A stretch of 64,000 nt of DNA from an uncultured Clostridia bacterium (GTDB taxonomy: Bacteria > Bacillota > Clostridia > Oscillospirales > CAG-272), in NCBI GenBank assembly GCA_944383705.1, contig CALWQR010000001.1, forward strand, positions 18,718 through 82,717, in the 5' to 3' direction. This document shows, piece after piece, positions 40,695 through 50,184 of the stretch (within the stretch, counting starts at the first letter, position 1; each line of letters opens with the position of its first letter). The notes under the pieces are model-generated. The model had not been told where the DNA came from. It ran no database searches and saw only the letters and a program-made list of their open reading frames with translations. The position numbers were made by a program, and so were the translations under genes.

Positions 40695-41531
40695 TCAGTG
40701 TATGCGCAACCGGTTGAGAATTGCCACACGGTCACGCTCCCCCAGGTCGCGCAGGACGCGGCAGGAAAACCCGCCCTGCTCTGCCAGCGCGGTCAGCTCC
40801 CCGGCCTGGTCGGAACCGATTTCAAACAGGCAGAAGCCGTCGGGCTTCAGCCAGTCCGCCGCCAGCGCAATCAGCGCACGGTAAAAGCGCAGGCCGTCGG
40901 CCCCCCCGTCCAGCGCCATGCGCGGCTCCTGCCGGACCTCCGGGGGGAGCGTCTCCAGCTCCCCCGTGCGGATATAGGGGGGGTTGGAGAGCAGCGCGTC
41001 CGGGCGCGGCCAGACCGCCAGAGTCTCCGGGGTGAGGCGCAGGACGTCCGCCCGCAGCGGCGCAAAGCGCTGCGCCACGCCGTTGCGCCCGGCATTGCGG
41101 ACCGCCAGCGCCAGCGCGGGCTCCGAGAGCTCCACGGCCAGGCACCGGGTGTCGGGGCGCTCTGCCAGCACCGACACCGCAATGCAGCCGCTGCCGGTGC
41201 AGAAATCGGCAAAAAACGCCCCGGGGGGGAGTGAGGCGAGCGCCTCCTCCACCAGCAGCTCGGTGTCGGCCCGGGGAATCAGGCAGTCGGGGCTGACCTC
41301 ATAGCGCTGGCGGCAGAACTCCCAGCTGCCCAGCAGATATTGCAGCGGCACCCGCGCGCAGCGGGCCTGCAGCGCACGGTTCAGCGCCCCGCCGCCGTAA
41401 TCCCTGCCGGGGTCGGCCAGCACGGCGGCGGGGGAGACACCGCAGAAATGCTCCAGCAGCAGCCGTGCGTTCGCCCCGGGATTTTCCACCCCCGCCGCCC
41501 GCAGCGCGCTGCAAATCTCCGCATAGGTCAT
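40695..41531 (-). CDS. prmC: Release-factor glutamine N5-methyltransferase
   Basis: FCTGSGCIAV (SAM-binding) and SNPPYI (NPPY) motifs. About 278 aa. Confidence 0.8.
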   Translation of the reverse strand: MTYAEICSALRAAGVENPGANARLLLEHFCGVSPAAVLADPGRDYGGGALNRALQARCARVPLQYLLGSWEFCRQRYEVSPDCLIPRADTELLVEEALASLPPGAFFADFCTGSGCIAVSVLAERPDTRCLAVELSEPALALAVRNAGRNGVAQRFAPLRADVLRLTPETLAVWPRPDALLSNPPYIRTGELETLPPEVRQEPRMALDGGADGLRFYRALIALAADWLKPDGFCLFEIGSDQAGELTALAEQGGFSCRVLRDLGERDRVAILNRLRIH

Positions 41532-41704
41532 GCGCTCACCTCCCCGCCTTGCAATCTGCCCTCTATTTTATCACACATCTTCGGAAAAAGAAATAGTTTT
41601 TTTGATTTTTTTCAAAAAATCTCGAAAAAGGGGTTGCTTTTTTCTGAAAATATGGTATACTTATGTTATGCTATACAAATCTCATGGAATGTGGAGGAAC
41701 CAAC

Positions 41705-41971
41705 GTGGGAAACGAAACCGATCTCGTAGTCAAAAAACGCTGCACATGGCTGACCGTGCTCAAGGTGCTGCTGGTCATTGCCGCCGTTGCCTTTGTGGCC
41801 TACAAAATTTATGACCATTTTGCCAAGAAGAAAAAGGCCGCGGCGCTCGAGGCGGACGACCTGCCGGACGAGCTGGAGGCTGATTCCTGCACGGCCGGGG
41901 CGGATGCGGACGAGGCCTCTTTTGAAGTGTCCGCGCAGGACGTGATTGCAAATCCGGAAAGCATGGAATAA
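41705..41971 (+). CDS. Small hypothetical single-pass membrane protein
   Basis: GTG 41705 preceded by GGAGGA at 6 nt. TM WLTVLKVLLVIAAVAFVAYKIY, followed by KKKK and an acidic tail. The promoter-like TATACT at about 41655 makes the track start 41663 unlikely. Confidence 0.45.
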   Translation: MGNETDLVVKKRCTWLTVLKVLLVIAAVAFVAYKIYDHFAKKKKAAALEADDLPDELEADSCTAGADADEASFEVSAQDVIANPESME

Positions 41972-42061
41972 GTTTGCAGAAACCGGGGCCCGGGAGGAAA
42001 ATGCGTCCGCATTTCCCTTCCGGTTTTCCGTTGCCGCAGGCAGGAAAGGAGACGCGCCGCC

Positions 42062-42475
42062 ATGGCGAAATACAGACAGAACCGAATCAACGACGAGATG
42101 CAGAAGGAAATGATGACCATTCTGCGCCGGGTGAAGGACCCGCGGGTAGCCGACGCGTTTGTCAGCGTGACCTCGGTGGAATGCTCGCCCGATCTCAAAT
42201 ACGCAAAAATCTATTACTCCGCGCTGCACGGCGACCCCAAGGAGCTGGCAAAGGGGCTGAAGACCGCCGCGGGCTTTATCCGGCGGGAGCTGGCGCACTC
42301 GCTGAATCTGCGCGTCACCCCCGAGCTGACCTTCCTGCGGGATGACTCGATTCCCTACGGCGCGCGCATCTCCTCCATCCTCAACCGGCTGAACATCCGG
42401 CCCGAGGAGCCCGAGGAGCCAGACGCACAGCCGGACCCGACGGAGCCGGACAACCGGGAGGACGGCAAGGCATGA
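42062..42475 (+). CDS. rbfA: Ribosome-binding factor A
   Basis: MAKYRQNRINDEMQKEMMTILRR-VKDPRV..VSVTSVECSPDLKYAKIYYS..LNLRVTPELTFLRD. Confidence 0.85.
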   Translation: MAKYRQNRINDEMQKEMMTILRRVKDPRVADAFVSVTSVECSPDLKYAKIYYSALHGDPKELAKGLKTAAGFIRRELAHSLNLRVTPELTFLRDDSIPYGARISSILNRLNIRPEEPEEPDAQPDPTEPDNREDGKA

Positions 42476-43473
42476 GCGACTATCGGGATTTGAGCTTTGA
42501 GGAACTGTGCGGGGCGCTGGAGCAGCCCGCAGCAACCCTGATTCTGCTGCACCGGGGGCCGGACGGGGACGCCGTAGGCTCGGCATTTGCCCTGCGGCAG
42601 GTACTGGAGAGCCTGGGATCGGAGGCATGGTGCATCTGCGCCGATGAGGTGCCCGACCGCCTGCGCTTTCTTTGCGAGGGGCTGCAGGAAAGCCTGCTGC
42701 CCCAGGCCCTGCCCGCGGGCTTTGCCCCCCAGCGCGTCATCAGCGTGGACGTCGCCTCCCCCGGGCAGCTGGGCAGCCTGCGCGAGCTGTACGAGGGGCA
42801 GATTGACCTGATGATTGACCATCACGAAAGCGGCACGCCGTTTGCCGACTGCTTTGTGCTCCCCGGCGCGGCAGCCACGGGGGAAATTCTGTTTGACATT
42901 GTCAAGCTGTTTGCCCAGCGCGGGCTGGTGCCCATCACCGAGGCCATCTGCACCGACCTCTATGCCGCCATCAGCTCGGATACCGGCTGCTTCCGGTATT
43001 CCAATGTCACGCCCGAAACCCACGCGCGCGCGGCTGAGCTGGTGGCCAGCGGCATCGACTGCGCCGGCATCAACCGCCGTCTGTTTGAAACCCGCACACT
43101 GGACCAGCTGCGCGCCGTATCGGCCGGCATCTCCAACCTGCACCTGTTTGCGGACGGCCGGGTGGCGGTAATTCTCTTCCCCTATGCCCTGAAGGCCGCG
43201 CTCAATCTGCGCGACGAGCACCTGGAAACCCTGGTGGACGTGGCGCGCTCGCTGGAGGGCGTGGAGGTGGCCGTCTCCATCCGCCAACCCTCTACCGAGG
43301 CGGTCTTCCGCGTCTCCATGCGCTCGGCCGGGAGCTGCAATGTGGCCGCAATCTGCGCACAGTTCGGGGGCGGCGGGCACGAAAAAGCCGCCGGCTGCAC
43401 CATCTCTGCCCGGGACGCCGACGAGGCAATGGAAAAAATCGTGGAACAGATCGGGCTTTCCGCGCTCAACTGA
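42472..43473 (+). CDS. DHH-family phosphoesterase (NrnA-like oligoribonuclease/pAp phosphatase)
   Basis: HRGPDGDAVGSAFAL (DHH motifs I-II), IDHH, and a DHHA1-like C-terminus GGGGHEKAAG. ATGA overlap with rbfA. Confidence 0.8.
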   Translation: MSDYRDLSFEELCGALEQPAATLILLHRGPDGDAVGSAFALRQVLESLGSEAWCICADEVPDRLRFLCEGLQESLLPQALPAGFAPQRVISVDVASPGQLGSLRELYEGQIDLMIDHHESGTPFADCFVLPGAAATGEILFDIVKLFAQRGLVPITEAICTDLYAAISSDTGCFRYSNVTPETHARAAELVASGIDCAGINRRLFETRTLDQLRAVSAGISNLHLFADGRVAVILFPYALKAALNLRDEHLETLVDVARSLEGVEVAVSIRQPSTEAVFRVSMRSAGSCNVAAICAQFGGGGHEKAAGCTISARDADEAMEKIVEQIGLSALN

Positions 43474-43531
43474 ATAAAAGCCTCCTGGATGGGCCATGTT
43501 ATAGGCAAACACATCAGGAGGTTTTTTGTTT

Positions 43532-44131
43532 ATGTGGAAAAAGCTCGCCGGATCGGCGCTGATTGTGACCGCCGCCCTGCTCTTTGCCGGGCTGATGCCG
43601 GTACACGGAGAAGAAAAAATTTACGATTCGGTCATCCGTCTGCATGTGCTGGCCAATTCGGACGCCGCCGAGGACCAGGCGCTCAAGCTTGCAGTGCGGG
43701 ACGCGGTGCTGGAGGTGACCGTTCCCCTGCTGGAGGACTGCACCGACCGCGCAGAGGCCGCTGCGCTGCTTGAGAGCAGCATGGGAGACATTCAGACCGC
43801 GGCCGAACGGGTCATCGCCGACGCCGGCAGAACCGATTCCGTTGCGCTGCTGTTGAACGAGGAAAGCTACCCGGAAAAGAACTATGACAGCTTCTGCTTC
43901 CCCTCGGGTACCTATCTCTCGCTGCGGGTCTGCATCGGAGAGGCGGCCGGGCAGAACTGGTGGTGCTGCCTCTTCCCGCCCCTCTGCCTCGGCGCCGCCA
44001 CCGTCCCCGCCGACAAGGCCGAGGATTCCTTCCTCCAGGTGGGCCTGACCCCCGACCAGTATAAAATCATCACAGAAACCGATTCCCCCGGCTACAAAAT
44101 CCGCTTCAAACTACTGGAATTATTCAATTAG
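43532..44131 (+). CDS. spoIIR: Stage II sporulation protein R
   Basis: IRLHVLANSDAAEDQALKLAVRDAVL..NWWCCLFPPLC motifs. Signal-like N-terminus. ATG 43532 is 10 nt after AGGAGG (track TTG 43526). Confidence 0.8.
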   Translation: MWKKLAGSALIVTAALLFAGLMPVHGEEKIYDSVIRLHVLANSDAAEDQALKLAVRDAVLEVTVPLLEDCTDRAEAAALLESSMGDIQTAAERVIADAGRTDSVALLLNEESYPEKNYDSFCFPSGTYLSLRVCIGEAAGQNWWCCLFPPLCLGAATVPADKAEDSFLQVGLTPDQYKIITETDSPGYKIRFKLLELFN

Positions 44132-44142
44132 ACTCCTCCGTT

Positions 44143-45200
44143 GGAGAAGACCTTGGAGGGCCCCGCCTGTGAAGGTTCCCACCGATGGAGAAGACCTTGG
44201 AGGGACCCGCCTAGGAAGGCTCCCCCGGGCGGTACAGACCGGGCAACTTCTTGCATCTTTTCCGTCATGCATCGCAAGCCGTCTCGGCAATAGGGGTAAC
44301 TATTGCCATCAACGGTTTACTCGCCTGACGAAAAATCTGCTTCGGATTTACCCGGTCCGTCCCACCCGGTGAAGCCTTTCGGAGAGGCCGGTCCCTCGGG
44401 GGCCCCTCCGGCGAGACCTTCCCCGGCGCAAGGCCCCCGGTTTTGCATACTGTGTTGCAAACACGGTACGCCCGGGGGCCTGCGCCGGGGAATTCCTTTT
44501 GGAGGGCGGATGGGGTTTTGAGATTGGCGGATGGGGTTTTGAGGTTGGCGGATGGGCGCGAGTGGGTGGCGAAACTCCGGAATACCTGCTTTTTTGTGCG
44601 TCTGGCATGATGCTTTGAAAAGAACAATTCGCAATGTGCAAAGTGCAGGAAACAGCGGGCAGCGGACAGCAGGTCGTGCGCAGTGGCCAGTGGTCAGGGG
44701 TCAGAAAAAAGCAAGAGCAACAGTTGATATAGTACATACAAATTCATCCATAATATCCATACTATTGAAAAAACGGGCAACCCATGGCGGCTGTCCGGTT
44801 TTCTGATATGCAGGGCAAATCGCTTTGTATGGCGGTATGCTCTTATTTTTTGCTCACCTCTCCCTGAAAAAGGGCTTCCCCGGCTGCCGCCCGCCGGCGG
44901 GGGCTGTCATGCGCACGCACCTGAAAGACGCAGGAAGGCTGGAAATATCTCCATGCATTCTACTATGGAATCGCGTCAGTCCGCAAACATCAGAATCCCA
45001 TCCTACCCCAAGAAAAATTCCCCGGCGCAGGCCCCCGGGCATATCGTATTTGCAATACCGTATGCATTGATGGGGGCCTGTGTCGGGGAAAGGTCTCGCC
45101 GGGGGAGGCTTGGAGGGACCGGCCTCTCCTTAAGAGGCGGGTCTCTCCAAGGTCTTCTCCAATGGCGGGACTCTTCCCAGGCGGGTCTCTCCAAGGTCTT
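44143..45200. mobile_element. ORF-less mosaic repeat bounded by doubled inverted termini, copy 2 (~1058 bp)
   Basis: Left termini GGAGAAGACCTTGGAGGG(C/A)CCCGCC at 44143-44167 and 44187-44211. Right termini GGCGGGTCTCTCCAAGGTCTT(CTCC) at 45136-45160 and 45180-45200. Palindromic units at 44419-44496 and 45014-45092. A 20-bp tandem repeat at 44504-44570. Confidence 0.7.
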
Positions 45201-47029
45201 TACTCTACCGTGACCGATTTGGCGAGGTTGCGGGGGCGGTCGATATCGCAGCCCAGGCGGGCGGCGGTCTCATAGGCAATCATCTGCACGGCGGTGAGGG
45301 CGGCGAAGAGCACGGCGGGGGCCGAGCCGTCGGGCAGATACACGATTTCGTCGGTGCTTTCGGCGGGGACTGCGGTTCCCTCCCGGCAAATCATGGTCAC
45401 CTGGGCGCCGCGGCTGCGCACCTCGCGGATGTTGCTTTCGGTTTTATCCACCAGTGCGGGATCGGTGGCCAGGGCAAAGACCGGCGTGCCGGGCTCGATG
45501 AGCGAGATGGTCCCATGCTTCAGCTCACCTGCGGCATAGGCCTCGCAATGGATATAGGAAATCTCCTTGAGCTTGAGCGCGGCCTCCATGGACATGGCAT
45601 AGTCCAGGCCGCGGCCGATATAAAACACATGCTCGTGGTCAACCAGTCCCTTGGCAATGCGCGCGAACTGGTCGCGCTTGGCCAGCATGGCCTCGATGGC
45701 CTGCGGCACCTCCTGTTCCAGCGCGGCAACCACCGCGCGCGCCTGTGCGGCGTCCATCCGCCCGCAGGCATAGGCAATGGCAGCCGCCATGGTCCACAGG
45801 ACCGACACCTGCGTACAGTAGCCCTTTGTGGTGGCCACCGCAATCTCGGGGCCGGCGTAGGTGTAAACGCGGCGGTCTGCCTCGCGCGCGATGGTGGTTT
45901 CCACCGCGTTGACAATGGCCAGCGTGGGCACCCCGCGGGATTTGGCGTAGCGCAGGGCGGCCAGCGTATCGGCGGTCTCGCCCGACTGGGAAATCACCAC
46001 CACCAGCGTTCCCTCCGAGAACAGCGGCGGGTAGTAGCGGTACTCCGAGGCGATGTGCACCGTTGTCGGGGCCCCGGCAAGCTCCTCGAGCACCCGCGCG
46101 CCCACAAGGCCGGCGTGCATGGCCGAGCCGCAGGCCACAATCTGAATCCCCTTGACGGTTTTCCAGAACTCCGGCGTGATGCCGTCGGCCGAGAAATCCG
46201 GCAGACCGTCCGCCACGCGGGGAGAGACCGACTTGCGCACCGCGCCGGGCTGCTCGTGAATCTCCTTGAGCATGAAGTGCGGATATCCCCCCTTCTGGGC
46301 CGATTCGGGGGTCATGGAGGTGGTCTTCCACACGGCGGGCTGCGTGCTGCCGTCCTCGCGCATCAGCAGCGTGTGCTCGGGCGTGAGGCAGGCAATCTCG
46401 CCCTCCTCCATCGCGCAGTACTGCTTGGTAAAGGGCAGCAGCGCGGTCATATCCGAGGCAAGATAAAAGCCGTCCTGCCCTTTGGCCAGAATCAACGGGC
46501 TGCCCCGGCGGATGACCCAGACCTCGCCCGGGCGGTCGTCAAACAGGATGCCGAAGGCATATGCTCCCCGCATCCGGTCGGTGGCCTGCCGGATGGCGGC
46601 GGCCGGGTCGCCCAGGCGGTCGTAGCAGGCGTTGATCAGCGCCGCGGCCACCTCGGTATCGGTTTGGGAGAGGAAGGTGACGCCGCTTTTTTGCAGATCG
46701 GCGGCCAGCTCCCGGTAATTTTCAATGATCCCATTGTGCACCAGCACCACGCGGCCGGCACGGTGAGGATGCGCGTTGACGTCAGAGGGGCCGCCGTGCG
46801 TGGCCCAGCGCGTGTGCCCGATGGCACAGCGGCTCTCGGGCAGGGGTTCGTCCCGCAGCTTTTCCTCCAGCACGTGGATGCGTCCCTTGCACTTGACCAC
46901 ATCCACCCCGCCGGCGGTCTGGGCGGCAATGCCGACCGAATCGTAGCCGCGGTATTCCAGGACCGAGAGTCCCTTGAGCATTTTGGGAACCGCATTGGCG
47001 GTTCCGGTAAAACCGATGATTCCACACAT
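45200..47029 (-). CDS. glmS: Glutamine--fructose-6-phosphate aminotransferase
   Basis: MCGIIGFTGT (Ntn Cys2) ... SIS domains ... C-terminal AKSVTVE. Start re-set to ATG 47029. The ribozyme lies upstream. Confidence 0.9.
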   Translation of the reverse strand: MCGIIGFTGTANAVPKMLKGLSVLEYRGYDSVGIAAQTAGGVDVVKCKGRIHVLEEKLRDEPLPESRCAIGHTRWATHGGPSDVNAHPHRAGRVVLVHNGIIENYRELAADLQKSGVTFLSQTDTEVAAALINACYDRLGDPAAAIRQATDRMRGAYAFGILFDDRPGEVWVIRRGSPLILAKGQDGFYLASDMTALLPFTKQYCAMEEGEIACLTPEHTLLMREDGSTQPAVWKTTSMTPESAQKGGYPHFMLKEIHEQPGAVRKSVSPRVADGLPDFSADGITPEFWKTVKGIQIVACGSAMHAGLVGARVLEELAGAPTTVHIASEYRYYPPLFSEGTLVVVISQSGETADTLAALRYAKSRGVPTLAIVNAVETTIAREADRRVYTYAGPEIAVATTKGYCTQVSVLWTMAAAIAYACGRMDAAQARAVVAALEQEVPQAIEAMLAKRDQFARIAKGLVDHEHVFYIGRGLDYAMSMEAALKLKEISYIHCEAYAAGELKHGTISLIEPGTPVFALATDPALVDKTESNIREVRSRGAQVTMICREGTAVPAESTDEIVYLPDGSAPAVLFAALTAVQMIAYETAARLGCDIDRPRNLAKSVTVE

Positions 47030-47103
47030 AATAATTTCCCTGTTCCTTTTCTGAAAAAAGTGTATTCGGAAAAAACCGTGCCGGAAACGGGCTCCGGACG
47101 GTA

Positions 47104-47252
47104 TGTACCGATATGACAACAGGGTTTGTTTTGCGGTTGCCCGCATATTTGCCTGCCGTTGACGATGCGCTCCCGCGCACCGGAGAAGCATCCGCCGAAG
47201 GTTCGATCACTTCTCTCCTCGTTAACCGCCCACCGGCGGTCTGGCGCTATCA
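47104..47252 (-). ncRNA. glmS ribozyme (GlcN6P-dependent self-cleaving riboswitch)
   Basis: The minus strand reads AUAGCGCCAGACCGCCGGUGGGCGGUUAACGAGGAGAGAAGUGAUCGAACCUUCGGCGGAUGCUUCUCCGG. It matches the conserved AGCGCCAGA / ACGAGGA / GAUCGAA..UUCGGCGGAUGC core, in the canonical position 5' of glmS. Confidence 0.85.
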
Positions 47253-47386
47253 TTTCCCTGATTTTCGGGTGGCTGTTGCCGGGCAAACCTGCCCGCCGGG
47301 GTCATGGCACGGTGTGCCGACGCCGGATTGCCCGCGCGCTCCCGGAGCGGGAGACGGCCGGCAGCCCTCCGGCCTGTGTGCGGACG

Positions 47387-48064
47387 TTACCGCTTGGGAA
47401 CAATGCTGCTCCCGGATTTGTAAATGCTGTCCGCCGGCACATATCCCCGCACCGACGAGAGCGGATACACGTTGCTGCGCGCACCGATGACCGTACCGGG
47501 ATTGAGCACGCTGTTGCAGCCCACCTCGGCAAAATCGCCCAGCATTGCCCCCAGCTTTTTGCGGCCGGTTTCGATGCATTCGCCGCCGCAGCGCACGCAA
47601 ACCGGCGTTTTGTCGCTTTTGACGTTGGAGGTCACCGCACCGGCGCCCATATGCGCGCGGTAGCCCAGCACCGAATCGCCGACATAATTGAAATGCGGCA
47701 CCTGCGCCCCGTCAAACAGGATGCAGTTCTTCAGCTCCACCGAATTGCCCACCACGGCGCCCGCGCCAACCAGCGCGCTGCCCCGGATAAAGGCCCCGTG
47801 CCGGATTTCGGCCTCCGGGCCAATCACGGCAGGACCGCAGATCAGCGCGGAAGGGGCCACCGTGGCCGAGCGCGCGACCCATACCGCCTCTGCCGTGTGC
47901 AGGTACTCCGATTCCGGCAGGGTCGGGCCCAGCGCACGAATCCAGTCCTTCAGGCCGTCCAGCGCCTGCCAGGGATACGCAAAGCGGCAGAGATACTCCC
48001 ATGCCAGCGAATGCTGCGGGCTGCCGAACAACCGCAGGGTTCTGACCTCGTCTTTCCAGCTCAT
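47387..48064 (-). CDS. Left-handed beta-helix (hexapeptide) acyltransferase resembling the GlmU C-terminal domain
   Basis: MSWKDE.. then hexapeptide turns IGPEAEIRHGAFIRGSALVGAGAVVGNSVELKNCILFDGAQVPHFNYVGDSVLG..GAGAVTSN. GGAGG RBS before ATG 48064. It sits between glmM and glmS. Confidence 0.7.
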   Translation of the reverse strand: MSWKDEVRTLRLFGSPQHSLAWEYLCRFAYPWQALDGLKDWIRALGPTLPESEYLHTAEAVWVARSATVAPSALICGPAVIGPEAEIRHGAFIRGSALVGAGAVVGNSVELKNCILFDGAQVPHFNYVGDSVLGYRAHMGAGAVTSNVKSDKTPVCVRCGGECIETGRKKLGAMLGDFAEVGCNSVLNPGTVIGARSNVYPLSSVRGYVPADSIYKSGSSIVPKR

Positions 48065-48078
48065 TCCAGCTCCCTCCC

Positions 48079-49446
48079 TTATGCCAGCCCGCGGCTGCGA
48101 ATCAGGTCCACCACGCGGCCGACGCATCTCTCGCAGATCTGCTCGGTCTCAGCCTCTGCCATCACGCGCACCACCGGTTCGGTTCCGCTTTCGCGCAGCA
48201 GAATCCGGCCCGAGCCGCCCAGCTCGGCGCTGATACCGGCCAGCAGCTCCTGCACGGCGGCGTCCTCGCGCACCGCGCGCTTATCGCTGACCCGCACGTT
48301 GCGCAGCACCTGCGGGAACATCCGTACCGGCTCGGCCAGCTTGGAGAGCGGCAGCTTGGTGCTGATGACGGCCTCCATGAGCTTGATGGCCGTCAGAATG
48401 CCGTCGCCCGTGGTGGCGTACTTGCTCAGGATAATGTGCCCCGACTGCTCGCCGCCGATGCAGTTGCCGGTTTCCAGCATGTTTTCGTACACATAGCGGT
48501 CCCCCACCGTGGTCTGCACGTAGTCGATGCCGGCCTGCTCCAGCGCCCGGTAGAGCCCGAGGTTGGACATGATGGTGGTAACTACCGTGTTGTTGGTCAG
48601 CGCGCCGCTGTCGCGCAGCTGGGTGCCGAGAATGTAGAGGATGTGGTCCCCGTTGACGACATTCCCGTTCTCGTCCACGGCAATGCAGCGGTCGGCGTCC
48701 CCGTCAAAGGCAAAGCCCACGTCCAGCCGGTTCTCGCGCACATGGCGCACCAGTCCCTCGATATGGGTGGAGCCGGCGTCGCGGTTGATGTTCAGCCCGT
48801 CGGGCGAGGCGTTGATGACCGAGACATTTGCGCCCAGCGCCTCAAATACGCTTTTGGCAATCATCCAGGCGCTGCCGTTGGCGCAGTCCAGGCCCACGCG
48901 AAAGGGACGGAAGGAGTAGCGTGAGAGCGAAATCAGATAGCCGATATAGCGGTTGCGCCCGGCGGCGTAGTCCACAATCTGCCCCAGGTCCGCACCGGTG
49001 GCGTAGGGCAGGTCGGGCGTGTGCACCCCCAGCTCATCCAGGCGGCCGTCCAGATAGCGCTCGATGCGGTCGATGGCGGCGTCGTCAATCTTTTCCCCGC
49101 GCCGGTTGACCAGCTTGATGCCGTTGTCGCCGAAGGGGTTGTGGCTGGCCGAAATCATAATGCCGCAGTCAAAATCCTCCCCCGCCACCACATAGGATAC
49201 GCTGGGGGTGGTGGTGACGTGCAGCATGTAGGCGTCGGCCCCGGAGGCGGTCAGCCCCGCCACAATGGCGTACTCGAACATATAGCTGGAGCGCCGGGTG
49301 TCCTTGCCCACCACAACGCGCACCTTCTTTTTGCCGCCGTCCGAATAGTACCATCCAAGAAAGCGGCCGATTTTGTAGGCGTGCTCCGAGGTCAGCGTCA
49401 CCCCAGCCTCGCCGCGGAACCCATCGGTCCCGAAATATTTTCCCAT
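48079..49446 (-). CDS. glmM: Phosphoglucosamine mutase
   Basis: MGKYFGTDGFRGEAG and the active-site loop ISASHNPFGDNGIK. 455 aa. Confidence 0.9.
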   Translation of the reverse strand: MGKYFGTDGFRGEAGVTLTSEHAYKIGRFLGWYYSDGGKKKVRVVVGKDTRRSSYMFEYAIVAGLTASGADAYMLHVTTTPSVSYVVAGEDFDCGIMISASHNPFGDNGIKLVNRRGEKIDDAAIDRIERYLDGRLDELGVHTPDLPYATGADLGQIVDYAAGRNRYIGYLISLSRYSFRPFRVGLDCANGSAWMIAKSVFEALGANVSVINASPDGLNINRDAGSTHIEGLVRHVRENRLDVGFAFDGDADRCIAVDENGNVVNGDHILYILGTQLRDSGALTNNTVVTTIMSNLGLYRALEQAGIDYVQTTVGDRYVYENMLETGNCIGGEQSGHIILSKYATTGDGILTAIKLMEAVISTKLPLSKLAEPVRMFPQVLRNVRVSDKRAVREDAAVQELLAGISAELGGSGRILLRESGTEPVVRVMAEAETEQICERCVGRVVDLIRSRGLA

Positions 49447-49557
49447 ACTGTTTGTTCATCTCTCCCTTCACAGAAAATCACCGTCTGTCACGGACATACG
49501 CAGCACCGCACCATATCTGCTGCGGGCACAAACCGAATGGTGCGGCGTTGCTTTCCT

Positions 49558-49586
49558 ATTATAGCAGATTTTCCCCAGTTTGTCAA
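49558..49586 (-). promoter_or_regulatory. Perfect consensus promoter (TTGACA-17-TATAAT) of glmM
   Basis: Minus-strand TTGACA at 49586-49581 and TATAAT at 49563-49558. It leaves a leader of about 100 nt. Confidence 0.65.
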
Positions 49587-49608
49587 TGTATCATCTTTGT
49601 TTTTAGCT

Positions 49609-50184
49609 CTATTTATTTAAAAACGGATAATCGGACCGTTTATCTTGAAGAATGGATAAATAAATGGCCGTGCAAACCAGCAAAATCTCGCGGCCGTCCT
49701 TGTAAAGGTCCTGCGGGGTCTGCTCATATCGCCGTCGCTCGGCGGCCAGAAAGCCGCTGACATTCGTCGGCGGACGGGGAGCGGGGCCGGCCTGCGCCTC
49801 ACGGACGCAGGCGGGAAAGACCCCGGCCAGCGCGGTCTCGTAGCGCTTGTGCGCCCGCATACTGTCCCGGAAGCCGGCGGTGTGGGGGTAGGTAAAGGAG
49901 TCGGCCAGGTAGTGAATCAGGGTGCCGAAGGCGTAGCTGTCGGCAAGGCCGCGCACCCCGCGCCGGCGCAGGCGCAGCGCCACCCGGCGGATGTGCCGCT
50001 CGGAATAGGGGAAATTGTGCCCCGCCATCCGCCGGCTCTGCCGGACGCCGCGCAGGTAGGTGCCGGGGTTGAAATCCGGCAGGATGTTGCCGACCAGAAA
50101 GGCCCGCCGGCGCAGCCGGGACCAGCGCCCCGGCGTCAGCCCCAGCAGGTAGTAGGCCAGCAGTCTGTGATCCTTATGTTTCAT
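49609..50184 (-). CDS. Hypothetical protein, possibly zinc-dependent phospholipase C-like
   Basis: His-rich motifs HNFPYSERH and LIHYLADSFTYPH weakly recall the PLC/P1-nuclease zinc ligands. ATG 50184 (track TTG 50190). Confidence 0.4.
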   Translation of the reverse strand: MKHKDHRLLAYYLLGLTPGRWSRLRRRAFLVGNILPDFNPGTYLRGVRQSRRMAGHNFPYSERHIRRVALRLRRRGVRGLADSYAFGTLIHYLADSFTYPHTAGFRDSMRAHKRYETALAGVFPACVREAQAGPAPRPPTNVSGFLAAERRRYEQTPQDLYKDGREILLVCTAIYLSILQDKRSDYPFLNK

